Shown here in pieces: positions 33,575 through 43,314 of a DNA stretch of 64,000 nt (positions within the stretch are counted from its first letter, which is position 1; every line of letters begins with the position of its first letter). Origin of the DNA: Gemmatimonadota bacterium (lineage in GTDB: Bacteria > Gemmatimonadota > Gemmatimonadetes > Palauibacterales > Palauibacteraceae); contig OY762926.1 in the NCBI GenBank assembly GCA_963666735.1, positions 864,001 to 928,000 on the forward strand. The letters are read 5' to 3'. Under the pieces are notes generated by a model. That model was not told the DNA's origin, searched no databases, and worked only from the letters and a program-made list of their open reading frames with translations. Both the position numbers and the translations under genes were made by a program.

Positions 33575-33590
33575 TCACATACAATCGCTA

Positions 33591-33619
33591 AAGATATAAT
33601 TGACACTCGCCGCTGTAAA
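33591..33619 (-). promoter_or_regulatory. Putative sigma70 promoter of rpsO-pnp
   Basis: TTTACA-N17-TATCTT in an AT-rich patch. Confidence 0.6.
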
Positions 33620-33657
33620 GGTGGGCCTCGCGGCTCGGGGCCGGGGCGCTCGCGCGC

Positions 33658-34779
33658 TCACCTGCCGGACGGGTTCGTCGGCGGGCAGTCGGGACCGGCG
33701 AGCGCGGGTTCGAAGATCACGGCGCGCGCGATCCCGCCTTCTTCCCGAACGCCGAACAGGAGGGCGTCATCCCCGGTCCCCCGCAGCGCCTCGTCCCGCC
33801 GGGTGCGCGCGATGAGCGCTCCGCCCGCCGGATCGATCACATCCAGGATCGTGTCGATGAGGCGGTCGAGGTCGAGCGGCGACGGCGCGGCGCCGGGGTT
33901 CGGCGTCCAGTTCTCATCGGCGACCCAGGTGGCGGTCCACAACAAGCCCCGTTCGACGCGGAGACCGATGACGACGGACGGGACCGGAGCCGTGACGGGC
34001 GCGCCGGGCCGGGGCGGTCCGGGGTCGAACCACTCCGGGTCCCCGACCAGGCGCGTGACCGGCTCGCTCCCGTCTGACGGATCCCACGCGTCGAACCCGT
34101 AGCCTCCGGCGCGGGTCGTCCACACCCTGCCCCGCCCGTCCACCGCGACGGGCGCGCGGAAGAAATTCACCATCCAGGACTCCACGGGGGTGGCGCCGAG
34201 GCCGGCTGACCGTTGTCCGCCGCCGTCGACGATCTCGGTCGTCGCGCTGAGTACGTCGTCGACCTGACCGAAACCGGACACGGCATACCGTTCACCGAGG
34301 GCGATGGCAGCGAAGTCGAGCCCGTGAAGGCTTCGGACATTCACGGTTTCGAGCGGCCGGCGATCCGCGGACAGGCGCGTGATCCTGCGATTGCCGAGGT
34401 CCAGGATCCGGAGACTTCCGTCCGGTCCCGCGCGGATCCGGCCGGGCACGCGGAACTCGCCCGGACCATCGCCCCCCCGGCCGAAACGGTCCCGGAACAC
34501 GCCCTCCGCGTCGAAGACCAGCAGTTCCCCCCGGTTCTCCACGCTCGCCACGATGTATTCGCCCTCCGTGGTTCGCGTGATCTCCGGACGGCTCCCGATC
34601 GTCCCCGGATCTCCGATGCCGCCGAGCCGAACGACTTCGCGGAGTCGGACCGCGCATTCCCCCGCTTCGTCCGCGACCGGCAGGATCGACTGGGCGGAGG
34701 ACGGTCGCGGGACCGCCGCGCACACGACCGCGGCGATGAGCCACGGATGCTTCACATGCACCGGAAGCCTGCCGGTCAT
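33658..34779 (-). CDS. Secreted 6-bladed beta-propeller-like (NHL-type) protein
   Basis: Signal peptide (..PSSAQ), VFDAEG.F...FGRGGDGPGEF, ILDLGNRRI, LDVIDP.GG blades. Confidence 0.75.
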   Translation of the reverse strand: MTGRLPVHVKHPWLIAAVVCAAVPRPSSAQSILPVADEAGECAVRLREVVRLGGIGDPGTIGSRPEITRTTEGEYIVASVENRGELLVFDAEGVFRDRFGRGGDGPGEFRVPGRIRAGPDGSLRILDLGNRRITRLSADRRPLETVNVRSLHGLDFAAIALGERYAVSGFGQVDDVLSATTEIVDGGGQRSAGLGATPVESWMVNFFRAPVAVDGRGRVWTTRAGGYGFDAWDPSDGSEPVTRLVGDPEWFDPGPPRPGAPVTAPVPSVVIGLRVERGLLWTATWVADENWTPNPGAAPSPLDLDRLIDTILDVIDPAGGALIARTRRDEALRGTGDDALLFGVREEGGIARAVIFEPALAGPDCPPTNPSGR

Positions 34780-35696
34780 CTATCCATCTTCCTCAAGTAT
34801 GCGCGGCCGTCCGCGAGGTCCCGGCGCATCTGCGCGGCGAGATCATCTCCCGACTCGAACGCCCGCACCTCCCGCAGCCGGTGGAGGACATCGACAATCA
34901 CGCGCTCTCCGTAGATGTCGCGCTCGAAATCGATGAGGAAGAGTTCGATGGCCGGCGGAGAGCCCGCGAAGGTCGGCCGGGCGCCGAGGTGCAGCAGTCC
35001 ATCGATTCGTTCGGAACCGAGCGTGGCGCGCACGACGTAGATGCCTTCCGCCGGCAGGAGCTTGTCGGGAGGGGGAGGCGTGAGGTTGGCGGTCGGAAAA
35101 CCGAGCGTCCTTCCCCGGCCCAGTCCTCGGATCACGGTCCCGCGGAACGAATACGGACGACCGAGGTCCGCGGCCGCCCCTTCCATGTGGCCCGCCGACA
35201 CGGCCTGCCGGACCCGGGTGGATGAGACGGGCGATCCGTCCGTTTCGACGCCTCCCACGACGGAGACTTCGAACCCGTGGATTCCGCCGAGCCGTTCGAG
35301 CACGGTGACATCTCCGGCACGTCCGCGCCCGAACCCGTGGTCATACCCGATCACGACCTCCGCCGGGCGGAAGCGCGGAACGATGATGTCCTCCACGAAC
35401 TTCCGGGGAGAGTAACGGGAGAATTCGAGCGTGAAGGAGACGAACGCAACGTAATCCAGGCCTGCCTGGGCGAGGATCTCCTTCTTCTCGTTCGGCAGCG
35501 TGAGAAGCGGTGGGGCGACTTCGGGACGCACGACACTCAGGGGATGCGGGTCGAAGGTGAGGAGCACCGCATGGCCGTTCCGCGCACGCGCGCGGCGCCG
35601 AACATCGCGCAGGATCTCCCGGTGTCCGAGGTGGACGCCGTCGAAGGTCCCGACGGTGACGACGGTGCCCCGAACGTGCGGGGGGAGGCCGCTCAA
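34776..35696 (-). CDS. ribF: Bifunctional riboflavin kinase/FAD synthetase
   Basis: GTFDGVHLGH, TFDPHP, GYDHGFG, VSSTRVR, GRTLGFPTAN. Confidence 0.96.
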   Translation of the reverse strand: MSGLPPHVRGTVVTVGTFDGVHLGHREILRDVRRRARARNGHAVLLTFDPHPLSVVRPEVAPPLLTLPNEKKEILAQAGLDYVAFVSFTLEFSRYSPRKFVEDIIVPRFRPAEVVIGYDHGFGRGRAGDVTVLERLGGIHGFEVSVVGGVETDGSPVSSTRVRQAVSAGHMEGAAADLGRPYSFRGTVIRGLGRGRTLGFPTANLTPPPPDKLLPAEGIYVVRATLGSERIDGLLHLGARPTFAGSPPAIELFLIDFERDIYGERVIVDVLHRLREVRAFESGDDLAAQMRRDLADGRAYLRKMDR

Positions 35697-36607
35697 GCGA
35701 CGAACACCTTCTTCGGATGGAGGCGGCCGTCACGCTCCTCGGCAATGGCGACGAGGCCGTCGGGAGCGCACAGGGCGACCGGTTCCCCGGGGGATCCCCC
35801 GGAACCGCGCGCGCGCTTCGGGGGAGACCGCACGTCTCCGCGCTCGACCGATCTTCCGTGCCGGATCTCATCCCGTTCGCGGTCGTTCAGTTCGCGCCGC
35901 CGCACCCATGGCAGCGCCGCGGCCCCGGGACGCCACGCGGGGGACGCCGCGACCACGGCTTCCGCCGCCGCGCCGGGAGATATCGCCTCGCCCACGCCGA
36001 AGGGGCCGATCGCCGTGCGGCGCAGCGCGGTGAGGTGCGCCCCCGGTCCGAGATCCCGCCCGAGATCGCGGGCCAGCGCCCGCACGTACGTGCCGGTGGA
36101 GACGCTCGCGCGGAACCGGACTCGCGGGAGATCGATGTCCGTGACCGCGATCTCGTGGATGATCACCTCGCGTGCCTCGAGTTCGGGACGCTCCCCGCGA
36201 CGGGCCAGCGCGTAGGCGCGCTCCCCGCTCGCGTGGCGCGCCGAGTAGGCGGAAGGCACCTGTCGTCCGACGCCCTCCCGGGCCGCGAAGGAAGCCCGGA
36301 TCGCCGCCGCGTCCAGCTCCCGCCACCCGGCGTCTTCCGATACGGTCTTCCCCGTGAGATCGTCCGTGTCCGTCTCCCGTCCCAACGCCATCGTCGCATC
36401 GTAGGATTTCGGCAGTCCGTGGTAGAGGTCGGCCAGCCGCGTGAACGACCCGACGAGCGACAGCAGGAGCCCCGTCGCGAAGGGGTCGAGCGTCCCGGTG
36501 TGGCCGATCCGGCGCACGCCCAGCTTCCGGCGGATCCGAAGGACGATGTCGTGCGACGTCGCTCCGGCCGGCTTGTCGACCAGGAGGAGACCGGCCTCAG
36601 TCGTCAC
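35693..36607 (-). CDS. truB: tRNA pseudouridine(55) synthase
   Basis: DKPAG.TSHD, GHTGTLDPFATG, GTYVRALARD, LRRTAIGPF. Confidence 0.96.
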   Translation of the reverse strand: MTTEAGLLLVDKPAGATSHDIVLRIRRKLGVRRIGHTGTLDPFATGLLLSLVGSFTRLADLYHGLPKSYDATMALGRETDTDDLTGKTVSEDAGWRELDAAAIRASFAAREGVGRQVPSAYSARHASGERAYALARRGERPELEAREVIIHEIAVTDIDLPRVRFRASVSTGTYVRALARDLGRDLGPGAHLTALRRTAIGPFGVGEAISPGAAAEAVVAASPAWRPGAAALPWVRRRELNDRERDEIRHGRSVERGDVRSPPKRARGSGGSPGEPVALCAPDGLVAIAEERDGRLHPKKVFVA

Positions 36608-36953
36608 GTGATCCCCAGTCCTGGCGGGTCCGGCGCAACAGTTCCTCGATCCGGCTCGCGTGCTCCGGTGTTTCGTCGGCCAGGAAGCGGAATTCCGGGA
36701 TCTTCCGCAGCCGGAGCGACCGGCCGAGTTCCCGTCGTATGAATCCCGCTGCGTGCTCCAAACCCTCGATTCCCTCCGAGACGTCCTCGTCCGAACGAAT
36801 GTACACGGTGGCAAAGGAGAGGTCCCTCGTCGCCCGCACGTCGGTCACGGTCACGCCGTCGAGACGCGGGTCCTTGAGCGATCCGAGAAGGAGGCGGGTG
36901 AGTTCGCGCCGGAACAGCTCGCCCAGTCGTTCGCTCCGGTGACGATGGCTCAC
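36597..36953 (-). CDS. rbfA: Ribosome-binding factor A
   Basis: LKDPRL, VTVTDV..TRDLS.ATVY, LRKIPEFRF..D. Confidence 0.95.
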   Translation of the reverse strand: MSHRHRSERLGELFRRELTRLLLGSLKDPRLDGVTVTDVRATRDLSFATVYIRSDEDVSEGIEGLEHAAGFIRRELGRSLRLRKIPEFRFLADETPEHASRIEELLRRTRQDWGSRDD

Positions 36954-36981
36954 GCGCTCCCCCGCGCCGGGCAGCCGGCCT

Positions 36982-37266
36982 TCACAGGAACTCGGTCTCC
37001 GACTCGACGACGTGCGCCCTCGGGTCGGATCTCAGGAAGAGGTCCACGCGTCCGAGAACGGACTCGGCGTGCCGGCGTTCGCCCGATACGACGCAGGCCG
37101 TGATCTCGGCCATCGAGGCCCGGTCGCGAAGACCGGTCTCGGCGGCGGAAACCCGGAACTTCATGATCGTGCGCTCCCGCAGGCCGCGGATCACCGAACG
37201 CTTCGCCTTGAGCGACCGGCAGCCCGGGAGGTGAAACACCCAGCGTCCTACCCCGATGACGGCCAT
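36982..37266 (-). CDS. DUF503 (YlxP-like) protein
   Basis: SLKAKRSVI, FRVSAAETG; usual position between infB and rbfA. Confidence 0.88.
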   Translation of the reverse strand: MAVIGVGRWVFHLPGCRSLKAKRSVIRGLRERTIMKFRVSAAETGLRDRASMAEITACVVSGERRHAESVLGRVDLFLRSDPRAHVVESETEFL

Positions 37267-37281
37267 GATGCCCGCCGAGGG

Positions 37282-40017
37282 TCAGCCTGCCGGTGCTCCG
37301 GAGAGGGTGCGCGCGACTTCCACCACCTCGTAGCACTCGATCACATCGCCGACCTTGATGTCGTTGTAGTTTTCGATGGAGATGCCGCACTCGTACCCGT
37401 CTCTCACCTCGCGCACATCCTCCTTGAACCGGCGCAGGCTGTCGATCCGGCCCTGATAGATCTGGATCTGGTCGCGCAGGAGACGGATCGGGAGGTTGCG
37501 CCGCATGGTGCCGGTCTGGACGTAGCAACCCGCGATCGTCCCCGCCTTCGGGACGCGGAAGAGCTCGCGGATTTCGGCCATGCCGACCGTGATCTCACGC
37601 TGCTCGGGCGCGAGCAGACCTTCGAGCGCCAGGCGAATCTCCTCGACCGCTTCGTAGATCACGTTATAGATCCGGATCTCGATCGACTCCCGTTCCGCGG
37701 CGGCCGCCGCCCCCGCATCCGGTCGAACGTGGAAACCGACAATGATCGCCCGCGAAGTCGAGGCCAGGAGAATGTCGGACTCGTTGATGCCACCCACGGC
37801 CCGGTGGATGACCTCGACGGAGACCTCGTCGGTCGACAGCCGCTCGAGACTGTCGGAGAGCGCCTGGACCGACCCGTCCGTATCGCCCTTGATGACGACG
37901 TTCAGGCGCGCGCCCTCACCCGCCTTGACCGCGGCGAAGACATCCTCGAGCCGCGTTCCGGTCGCCCTGCGGCGGATGTCCTTCTCGCGCTCCAGTTGCT
38001 GCCGCCGCGAGACGATCTCGCGGACGCGTGCCGCGGAGAGGGCGACGAGGGAGTCGCCCGCCTGCGGTACGCCCTCCATTCCGAGGACCCGCACGGGGAT
38101 CCCCGGACCGGCGCTCGTGACTTTTCGGCCCCGCTCATCCAGGAGCGCGCGGACCCGCCCGCCGTAGAGCCCGCAGACGAAATCGGCGCCGACCTCCAGC
38201 GTCCCGCGTTCCACGAGCACGGTCGCCACCGGACCCATGCCGCGATCCAGTTGCGCCTCGACGACCGTCCCGCGGGCTTCCCGGTCCGGGTTTGCCTTCA
38301 ACTCGAGAATCTCCGCCTGCAGAAGGACCTTCTCGAGAAGGTCGTCCAGCCCCTCACCCGTCTTCGCCGAGACGTTCGCGCCGAGGGTCTCGCCACCGAA
38401 GTCCTCGAGGACCACCTCGCGTGCGAGGAGCTCCCTCTTCACCCGATCCACATCCGCCGACGGGAGGTCGACCTTGTTCACGGCGACGATGATCGGCACC
38501 GACGCGTTCCGGGCGTGGCTGATCGCTTCGATCGTCTGGGGCATCACGGAGTCGTCGGCGGCCACGACGAGGATCACGATGTCCGTGACTTCCGCGCCGC
38601 GCGCCCGCATGGCCGTGAACGCCTCGTGGCCGGGCGTGTCGAGGAAGGTGATCGTCCGACCCTCCGAGAGGAGCACGTGATAGGCGCCGATGTGCTGCGT
38701 GATGCCTCCCGCCTCTCCCGCGATCACGTTCGTGCTCCGGATACGGTCGAGCAGCGACGTTTTTCCATGGTCGACGTGGCCCATCACGGTCACGATCGGC
38801 GGCCGCGGCACCAACTGGCTCTCGTCCTCCGGAAGATCTTCGTCGTCGCTCGCGAGGTCCGCCTCGAACCCCTCCTCCCGGATCGCAGTGAAGCCGGCCT
38901 CTTCGCAGATGAGTTCGATCTGACCGAAGTCGAGCCGCTGGTTGATCGTCACCATGAGGCCGAGGTTCTTGAACGCCGATGTGATGATGGCCTGCGGCGG
39001 GACCTCGATCAGGTCGGCGAGTTCCGACACGGTGAGGAACTCGTTGACTCGCACCGTCGCCTTCTCCGTGCGCTGTTCGAGTTCGCGCTGCTCGCGCTCC
39101 GCCTCGCGCTGCTGCTGCTGCGTCTCGCGACGTCGTTTTCGCGGCGAGGATTGCCCCATTGCGGCCAGCGTCTTGCGGAAATTCTGCTGGACGGCGTTTC
39201 GGTCCACGCGTCTCCGCTTCTTTCCATCTCCGCCACGGGACTTCTTGCGACCATCAACGGTGTACCCCTGGGCCGAGATTCGCACCTTGCCGCCCGGGCC
39301 CGCCGAGGCCGTGGGGCCCGCGGCCGCCGAGGCGGGCGACGGCATGTCCCGGCGGACCGGCTTCGGCCGACGCGCGGGGGGAGACGGAGCGGACGGCGCC
39401 TCCGCCTCCCCTTCCGTCGCTTCCGCTTCCGCCGCTTCCGCTTCCGTCGCTTCCGCTTCGGGCTCGGCGACTTCCGGCTCCGCCTCCGCGGCCTCGATAC
39501 CCGCTTCCGGCTCCACCGGCTCGGCCGCCTCGGGGGCGGGAGCCTCGGGCGCATCGGCGGGCTCCGGGGCAACTTCGGCTTCGGGTTCGACTTCGGCCTC
39601 CGCCTGCGGGGCCTCGGTCTCGACGGCGGGCTCGGGCTCGACCCCGGCGTCGACCTCGATCTCGGCCTGAGACTCGACAGGCGACTCGACCTCGGGCACA
39701 TCGGTGGGCGCCGCAACGTCCTCCGCCGCCTCCGGAAACGGCCCGGCGCCTTCGTCGACCTCGACGTCCGGCGTCGCGGCCGCGAGCGCCGCGGGAGCGG
39801 CCCTCCGCCGACGGCGGCGTCGCCTCACGGGGGCTGCGGTACCCGTGATCGCTTCACCCCGCCGTTCGCGTTCGAGCCGCGCGTGCAGACGCGCCACGCT
39901 CGCCGGGTCCACGCTCGACATGTGGCTGCGCACAGGCACATCCATCTCCCGCAGCAGCTGGATGAGGTGACTCGTGTCGAGTCTCAGTTCCTCCGCGACC
40001 TCGAAGACACGCTTCAT
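37282..40017 (-). CDS. infB: Translation initiation factor IF-2
   Basis: [31 protein letters not shown]; long acidic N-terminal linker. Confidence 0.98.
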   Translation of the reverse strand: MKRVFEVAEELRLDTSHLIQLLREMDVPVRSHMSSVDPASVARLHARLERERRGEAITGTAAPVRRRRRRRRAAPAALAAATPDVEVDEGAGPFPEAAEDVAAPTDVPEVESPVESQAEIEVDAGVEPEPAVETEAPQAEAEVEPEAEVAPEPADAPEAPAPEAAEPVEPEAGIEAAEAEPEVAEPEAEATEAEAAEAEATEGEAEAPSAPSPPARRPKPVRRDMPSPASAAAGPTASAGPGGKVRISAQGYTVDGRKKSRGGDGKKRRRVDRNAVQQNFRKTLAAMGQSSPRKRRRETQQQQREAEREQRELEQRTEKATVRVNEFLTVSELADLIEVPPQAIITSAFKNLGLMVTINQRLDFGQIELICEEAGFTAIREEGFEADLASDDEDLPEDESQLVPRPPIVTVMGHVDHGKTSLLDRIRSTNVIAGEAGGITQHIGAYHVLLSEGRTITFLDTPGHEAFTAMRARGAEVTDIVILVVAADDSVMPQTIEAISHARNASVPIIVAVNKVDLPSADVDRVKRELLAREVVLEDFGGETLGANVSAKTGEGLDDLLEKVLLQAEILELKANPDREARGTVVEAQLDRGMGPVATVLVERGTLEVGADFVCGLYGGRVRALLDERGRKVTSAGPGIPVRVLGMEGVPQAGDSLVALSAARVREIVSRRQQLEREKDIRRRATGTRLEDVFAAVKAGEGARLNVVIKGDTDGSVQALSDSLERLSTDEVSVEVIHRAVGGINESDILLASTSRAIIVGFHVRPDAGAAAAAERESIEIRIYNVIYEAVEEIRLALEGLLAPEQREITVGMAEIRELFRVPKAGTIAGCYVQTGTMRRNLPIRLLRDQIQIYQGRIDSLRRFKEDVREVRDGYECGISIENYNDIKVGDVIECYEVVEVARTLSGAPAG

Positions 40018-40349
40018 TGTCCAGGCACCTGCCCTTCCGGATCTCGCGACCCGGAGCTGTCATCACGCCCCGAGGGCGCGCGCTCCCCTTCGAGAATCCG
40101 CTGCGCCAGCGCTGAATCCGTGACGCCGACCACGGCCACATCGTTCCGTCCGAGCGCCCGTCCGAGCGCTCTTCGACTCGCCACCGTCACACGCAACGCC
40201 CCCCGCGCCCGTGGCGTCAGGCGGCCCAGCGCGTGCCGCGATGCGTCGCCCGCGACCACGAGCAGGGCGAGCCTTCCCCTGCGTGCCGCGATGTCCACGG
40301 CCCGGGTGCCGAGAGCGACCCGGCCCGCGCGCGTCGCGATCCCGAGCAA
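40014..40349 (-). CDS. L7Ae/L30e-family RNA-binding protein (YlxQ-like)
   Basis: LLGIATRAGRVALG, LVVAGDAS, LGRALGR..VAVVGVTD; start uncertain. Confidence 0.8.
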   Translation of the reverse strand: MLGIATRAGRVALGTRAVDIAARRGRLALLVVAGDASRHALGRLTPRARGALRVTVASRRALGRALGRNDVAVVGVTDSALAQRILEGERAPSGRDDSSGSRDPEGQVPGQ

Positions 40350-40390
40350 GCTCAGCGTAGCCCTGGCCCGCGCCCCACCCCGGCCGCGCT

Positions 40391-41866
40391 TCAGGAGGTC
40401 CCCTCGCCCGAGGCCGCCGTGCTCATTGCATCGGCCGCGTCCGCAGACGCCACCTCCGCAGGCGCCGCCGCCGCGGGCAGCTCGGGAACCTCCGCCGCGG
40501 GCACCTCGGGAACCGCAGCCGCCTCCTCCGCGGACGCCTCGGCAGCCATCTTCGCAGCCGCGGCGACCTCGGCCTGCGCCTCGTCCACGACGGTCAGTTC
40601 GTCGATCAGCGCTTCCAGCGTATCGGCCTCATCCGGCCCGATCCCCGGGACCTGGAGGAAATCGCTCCGATCCATGTCGAGGAGTCCGTAGAAGCTGCTG
40701 ATCCCGGCCGCCTCGAGCGCCGCAAGCGTCGCCGGAGCGATCCCCTCGAGCTCGGAGAGCGGGAAGTCGGACATCTCGTACTCATCATCGCTTCCGAACA
40801 GGCCGGACTCCCCGCCGCGCTCCATCCAGTCACGACTGGAGTACAGGTCGATCTGCCATCCGATGAGCTGTGACGCCAACCGCACATTCTGCCCGTTTCG
40901 CCCGATCGCCAACGACAGCTGGTCCTCGTCCACGATCGCCGTAATGACGTGCCGCTCCTGATCGGAGATCACCTTGGCGACCCGGGCCGGAGCCAGCGCT
41001 CGACGGGCGAAGATCTCCGGGTCGGGGTGCCACGGGACGATGTCGATGCGTTCCCCGCTCAACTCCGACACGACCGCCTGGACGCGCGATCCCTTGAGAC
41101 CGACGCAGGCTCCGACCGGGTCGACCGATTCATCCCGGGACGCGACGGCCACCTTGGTGCGTCCGCCCGCTTCGCGGACAATCTCCTTGATGTCAACGAT
41201 ATTCTGGTAGATTTCCGGCACCTCGAGGGCGAACAACGAAGCGACGAACTGCGGATCCGCCCGCGACAGGATGAGTCGCGGACCGCGCGGCGTCTCCTCC
41301 AGCAGCTTCAGCACGGCGCGGATCGGCTCGCCCTGGCGGAAGCGTTCCCGCGGATTCTGCTCCCGCCACGGGATGATCGCTTCGGCTTCGCGAGACCGGT
41401 TCAGCATGACGACGAGTTTGCCGCGCTCGCTCGCCTGTACTTCGCCGGAAACGAGATCTCCTACCCGATCGTTGAATTCCATGCGGATCCGATCGCGTTC
41501 CCCCTCGCGGATGCGCTGGATGATCCTCTGCTTGGCGGCCATCACGGCGCTGCGCCCGAAATCCCTGAAGTCGACGGGGATTTCCATCAGGTCGCCGACC
41601 TGAAAATCGGGATCATCCCAGCGAGCCTGCTCGAGCGTCACTTCCCGGGCCGGATCCTCGACCTCTTCAACGACTTCCTTGAGGACGACGATCGAAATGT
41701 CGCCTCCATCGGTGACGTCAATTTCCGCTTCGACCGGACCGCCGAAACGACGGGCGAGCGCCGCATGGATCCCTTCGCGGATGAGATCATGCAATTCCAG
41801 CTCCGTCAGCGACTTGTTCGCCGCCATCATGCGGAAAGCCTCAACGATCGGGATCTGATCGCTCAT
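40391..41866 (-). CDS. nusA: Transcription termination/antitermination factor NusA
   Basis: FGRSAVMAAKQ, REAGGRTKVAV, DPVGACVG.KGSRV, SLAIGRNGQNVRLA. Confidence 0.98.
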   Translation of the reverse strand: MSDQIPIVEAFRMMAANKSLTELELHDLIREGIHAALARRFGGPVEAEIDVTDGGDISIVVLKEVVEEVEDPAREVTLEQARWDDPDFQVGDLMEIPVDFRDFGRSAVMAAKQRIIQRIREGERDRIRMEFNDRVGDLVSGEVQASERGKLVVMLNRSREAEAIIPWREQNPRERFRQGEPIRAVLKLLEETPRGPRLILSRADPQFVASLFALEVPEIYQNIVDIKEIVREAGGRTKVAVASRDESVDPVGACVGLKGSRVQAVVSELSGERIDIVPWHPDPEIFARRALAPARVAKVISDQERHVITAIVDEDQLSLAIGRNGQNVRLASQLIGWQIDLYSSRDWMERGGESGLFGSDDEYEMSDFPLSELEGIAPATLAALEAAGISSFYGLLDMDRSDFLQVPGIGPDEADTLEALIDELTVVDEAQAEVAAAAKMAAEASAEEAAAVPEVPAAEVPELPAAAAPAEVASADAADAMSTAASGEGTS

Positions 41867-41875
41867 TGCCTCTCT

Positions 41876-42370
41876 CTATCTCCCACGCACCCCTCCAGCC
41901 GCGTCCCAGTCGTAGACCAGGCGGGCGGAGGCCACGAGCTCCAACGGGATCTCCACACGATCCCCTTCGATCTCCAGCGCAAACGTCCCGGGAAGTCCGT
42001 CCACCGTCCCGAGCAACGTCCCCTCCAGTTTTCGGCCGCGACCGGCCAGCGGACCGTAGCCCCGCACGCGGACTCGCGACCCGGCGAAGCGGTCGTAGTC
42101 CGCGGCCTTGACCAGCGGCCGGTCCACTCCCGGCGACGACACTTCGAGCACCCAGTCTTCGGCTGCTCCATCTTCAAGCGCGCCACGCAGTTCCCTCGTC
42201 ACCGCGACGCAGTCGTCAACGGTGACGCCCGACCGCGCGAACGACGGACCCGATCGATCGATCCGGAGCCGGAGCAGCGGCCGACGACGGCCTCCGCCCC
42301 GCTCCATCTGCACGACCTCGAAGCCGAGGGCTTCGACCGCGCGTTCGATGTCCGCCGAGTCCAGCATCAC
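41876..42370 (-). CDS. rimP: Ribosome maturation factor RimP
   Basis: LRLRID, GVTVDDC, LEVSSPGVDRPL. Confidence 0.95.
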   Translation of the reverse strand: MMLDSADIERAVEALGFEVVQMERGGGRRRPLLRLRIDRSGPSFARSGVTVDDCVAVTRELRGALEDGAAEDWVLEVSSPGVDRPLVKAADYDRFAGSRVRVRGYGPLAGRGRKLEGTLLGTVDGLPGTFALEIEGDRVEIPLELVASARLVYDWDAAGGVRGR

Positions 42371-42404
42371 CGATCCTTTCGGCGAATCCGGTTCGCTCTA
42401 CTGC

Positions 42405-42438
42405 AAAAAAAAGTGGGGCCCGTACAGCTTCCCCACTT
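42405..42438 (-). terminator. Intrinsic terminator/attenuator in the rimP leader
   Basis: Minus strand AAGTGGGG-AAGCTGTACGGG-CCCCAC-TTTTTTTT, 34 nt before the rimP start. Confidence 0.75.
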
Positions 42439-42493
42439 CGAGTAACGCCATCGCCCGCCGGCCCGCGCGGACGTATGTGGTCATGCGAATCGG

Positions 42494-42522
42494 AACATAC
42501 GGCGGGGTCCGACGCGCTGCAA
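42494..42522 (-). promoter_or_regulatory. Putative sigma70 promoter of the rimP-nusA-infB operon
   Basis: TTGCAG-N17-TATGTT. Confidence 0.55.
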
Positions 42523-42552
42523 CAGCCCGTACCGCTCGCCGGCGTTTCCGGT

Positions 42553-43314
42553 TCAGTCTCTCCGCAGCCCCAGGAAGGCGGCCATCCGTCCCGCCGTGCC
42601 GCCGCTTGCGCGGTGTGAATGAAAGTCGCCGGGGACGCACGATGTGCAGAAGCGGGAACGGGAAACGGCCCCGGGTCCGACGCCGGCCGTCGCGGCCTGA
42701 GCCGCGAGGATCCCCCTCAGGTCGAGCCGTGCGCGCGTGCCGCCAAGGCCGAAAGCGGAAAGCACGGGCGTGTCGACCTCGTAGCAGCGTCCACAGATCG
42801 CGGGCCCCAGATGGACGCGGAGATCACCGACGGCTCCCGGGGATCCGCGGTCGAGGCCGCAAGCAAGCCGGGAGATCGCGCGCGGAAGGATGCCCGCCGC
42901 CGCGCCGCGCCATCCCGCGTGGACCAGTCCGACGCGCCCGAGTTCGCGGGATCACAGGTACACGGGCACGCAATCGGCCGCCGTCGCGACCAGAAGCCAC
43001 CCGGGCCCGTCGGCGAGCTGGCCGTCCACGCGACCTGCCCGGTGGACGGTGCAGGCCTCCGGATCGGGGGCGGGCGCGACCGGGATCTCCCGGAGGTCCG
43101 TGCCGTGGACCTGGGTCGGCACCGAGACGTGGCGGAAGCCCAGCTCCCGGGCCAGATCGGTGTAGACCGCGGCCACGCGCTCCGGGGAGGCCTCCGGGGC
43201 CGCGAGGTCCCCGCGCTCAGTGGTCGTGATCCCGCACACGAGGGCCGGATCGAGCGATTCCCACTGCGACAACCGCAGCAAGCCATCCTTCCGGGTCTCC
43301 GCGACCTCGGTCAT
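42553..43314 (-). pseudogene. pgeF: YfiH/PgeF (laccase-domain, polyphenol-oxidase family) gene with one in-frame TGA at 42952-42954
   Basis: One continuous frame: QVHG...TAADCVPVYL*SRELGRVGLVHAGWRG...LGPAICGRCYEV...CTSC...FHSHR...GRM. All family motifs are present on both sides of the stop. Confidence 0.8.

Noticed and set aside
37012..40701. 1229-aa plus-strand ORF, and similar long antisense or alternative-frame ORFs (2149-4572, 21967-24090, 31091-33265 and others)
   Set aside because: They overlap well-supported housekeeping genes, show no motifs, and are expected from stop-codon scarcity at high GC.
42952..42954. Selenocysteine codon in pgeF
   Set aside because: The UGA is not at the catalytic Cys, which is six codons upstream and intact, and the downstream stem is not a convincing SECIS.
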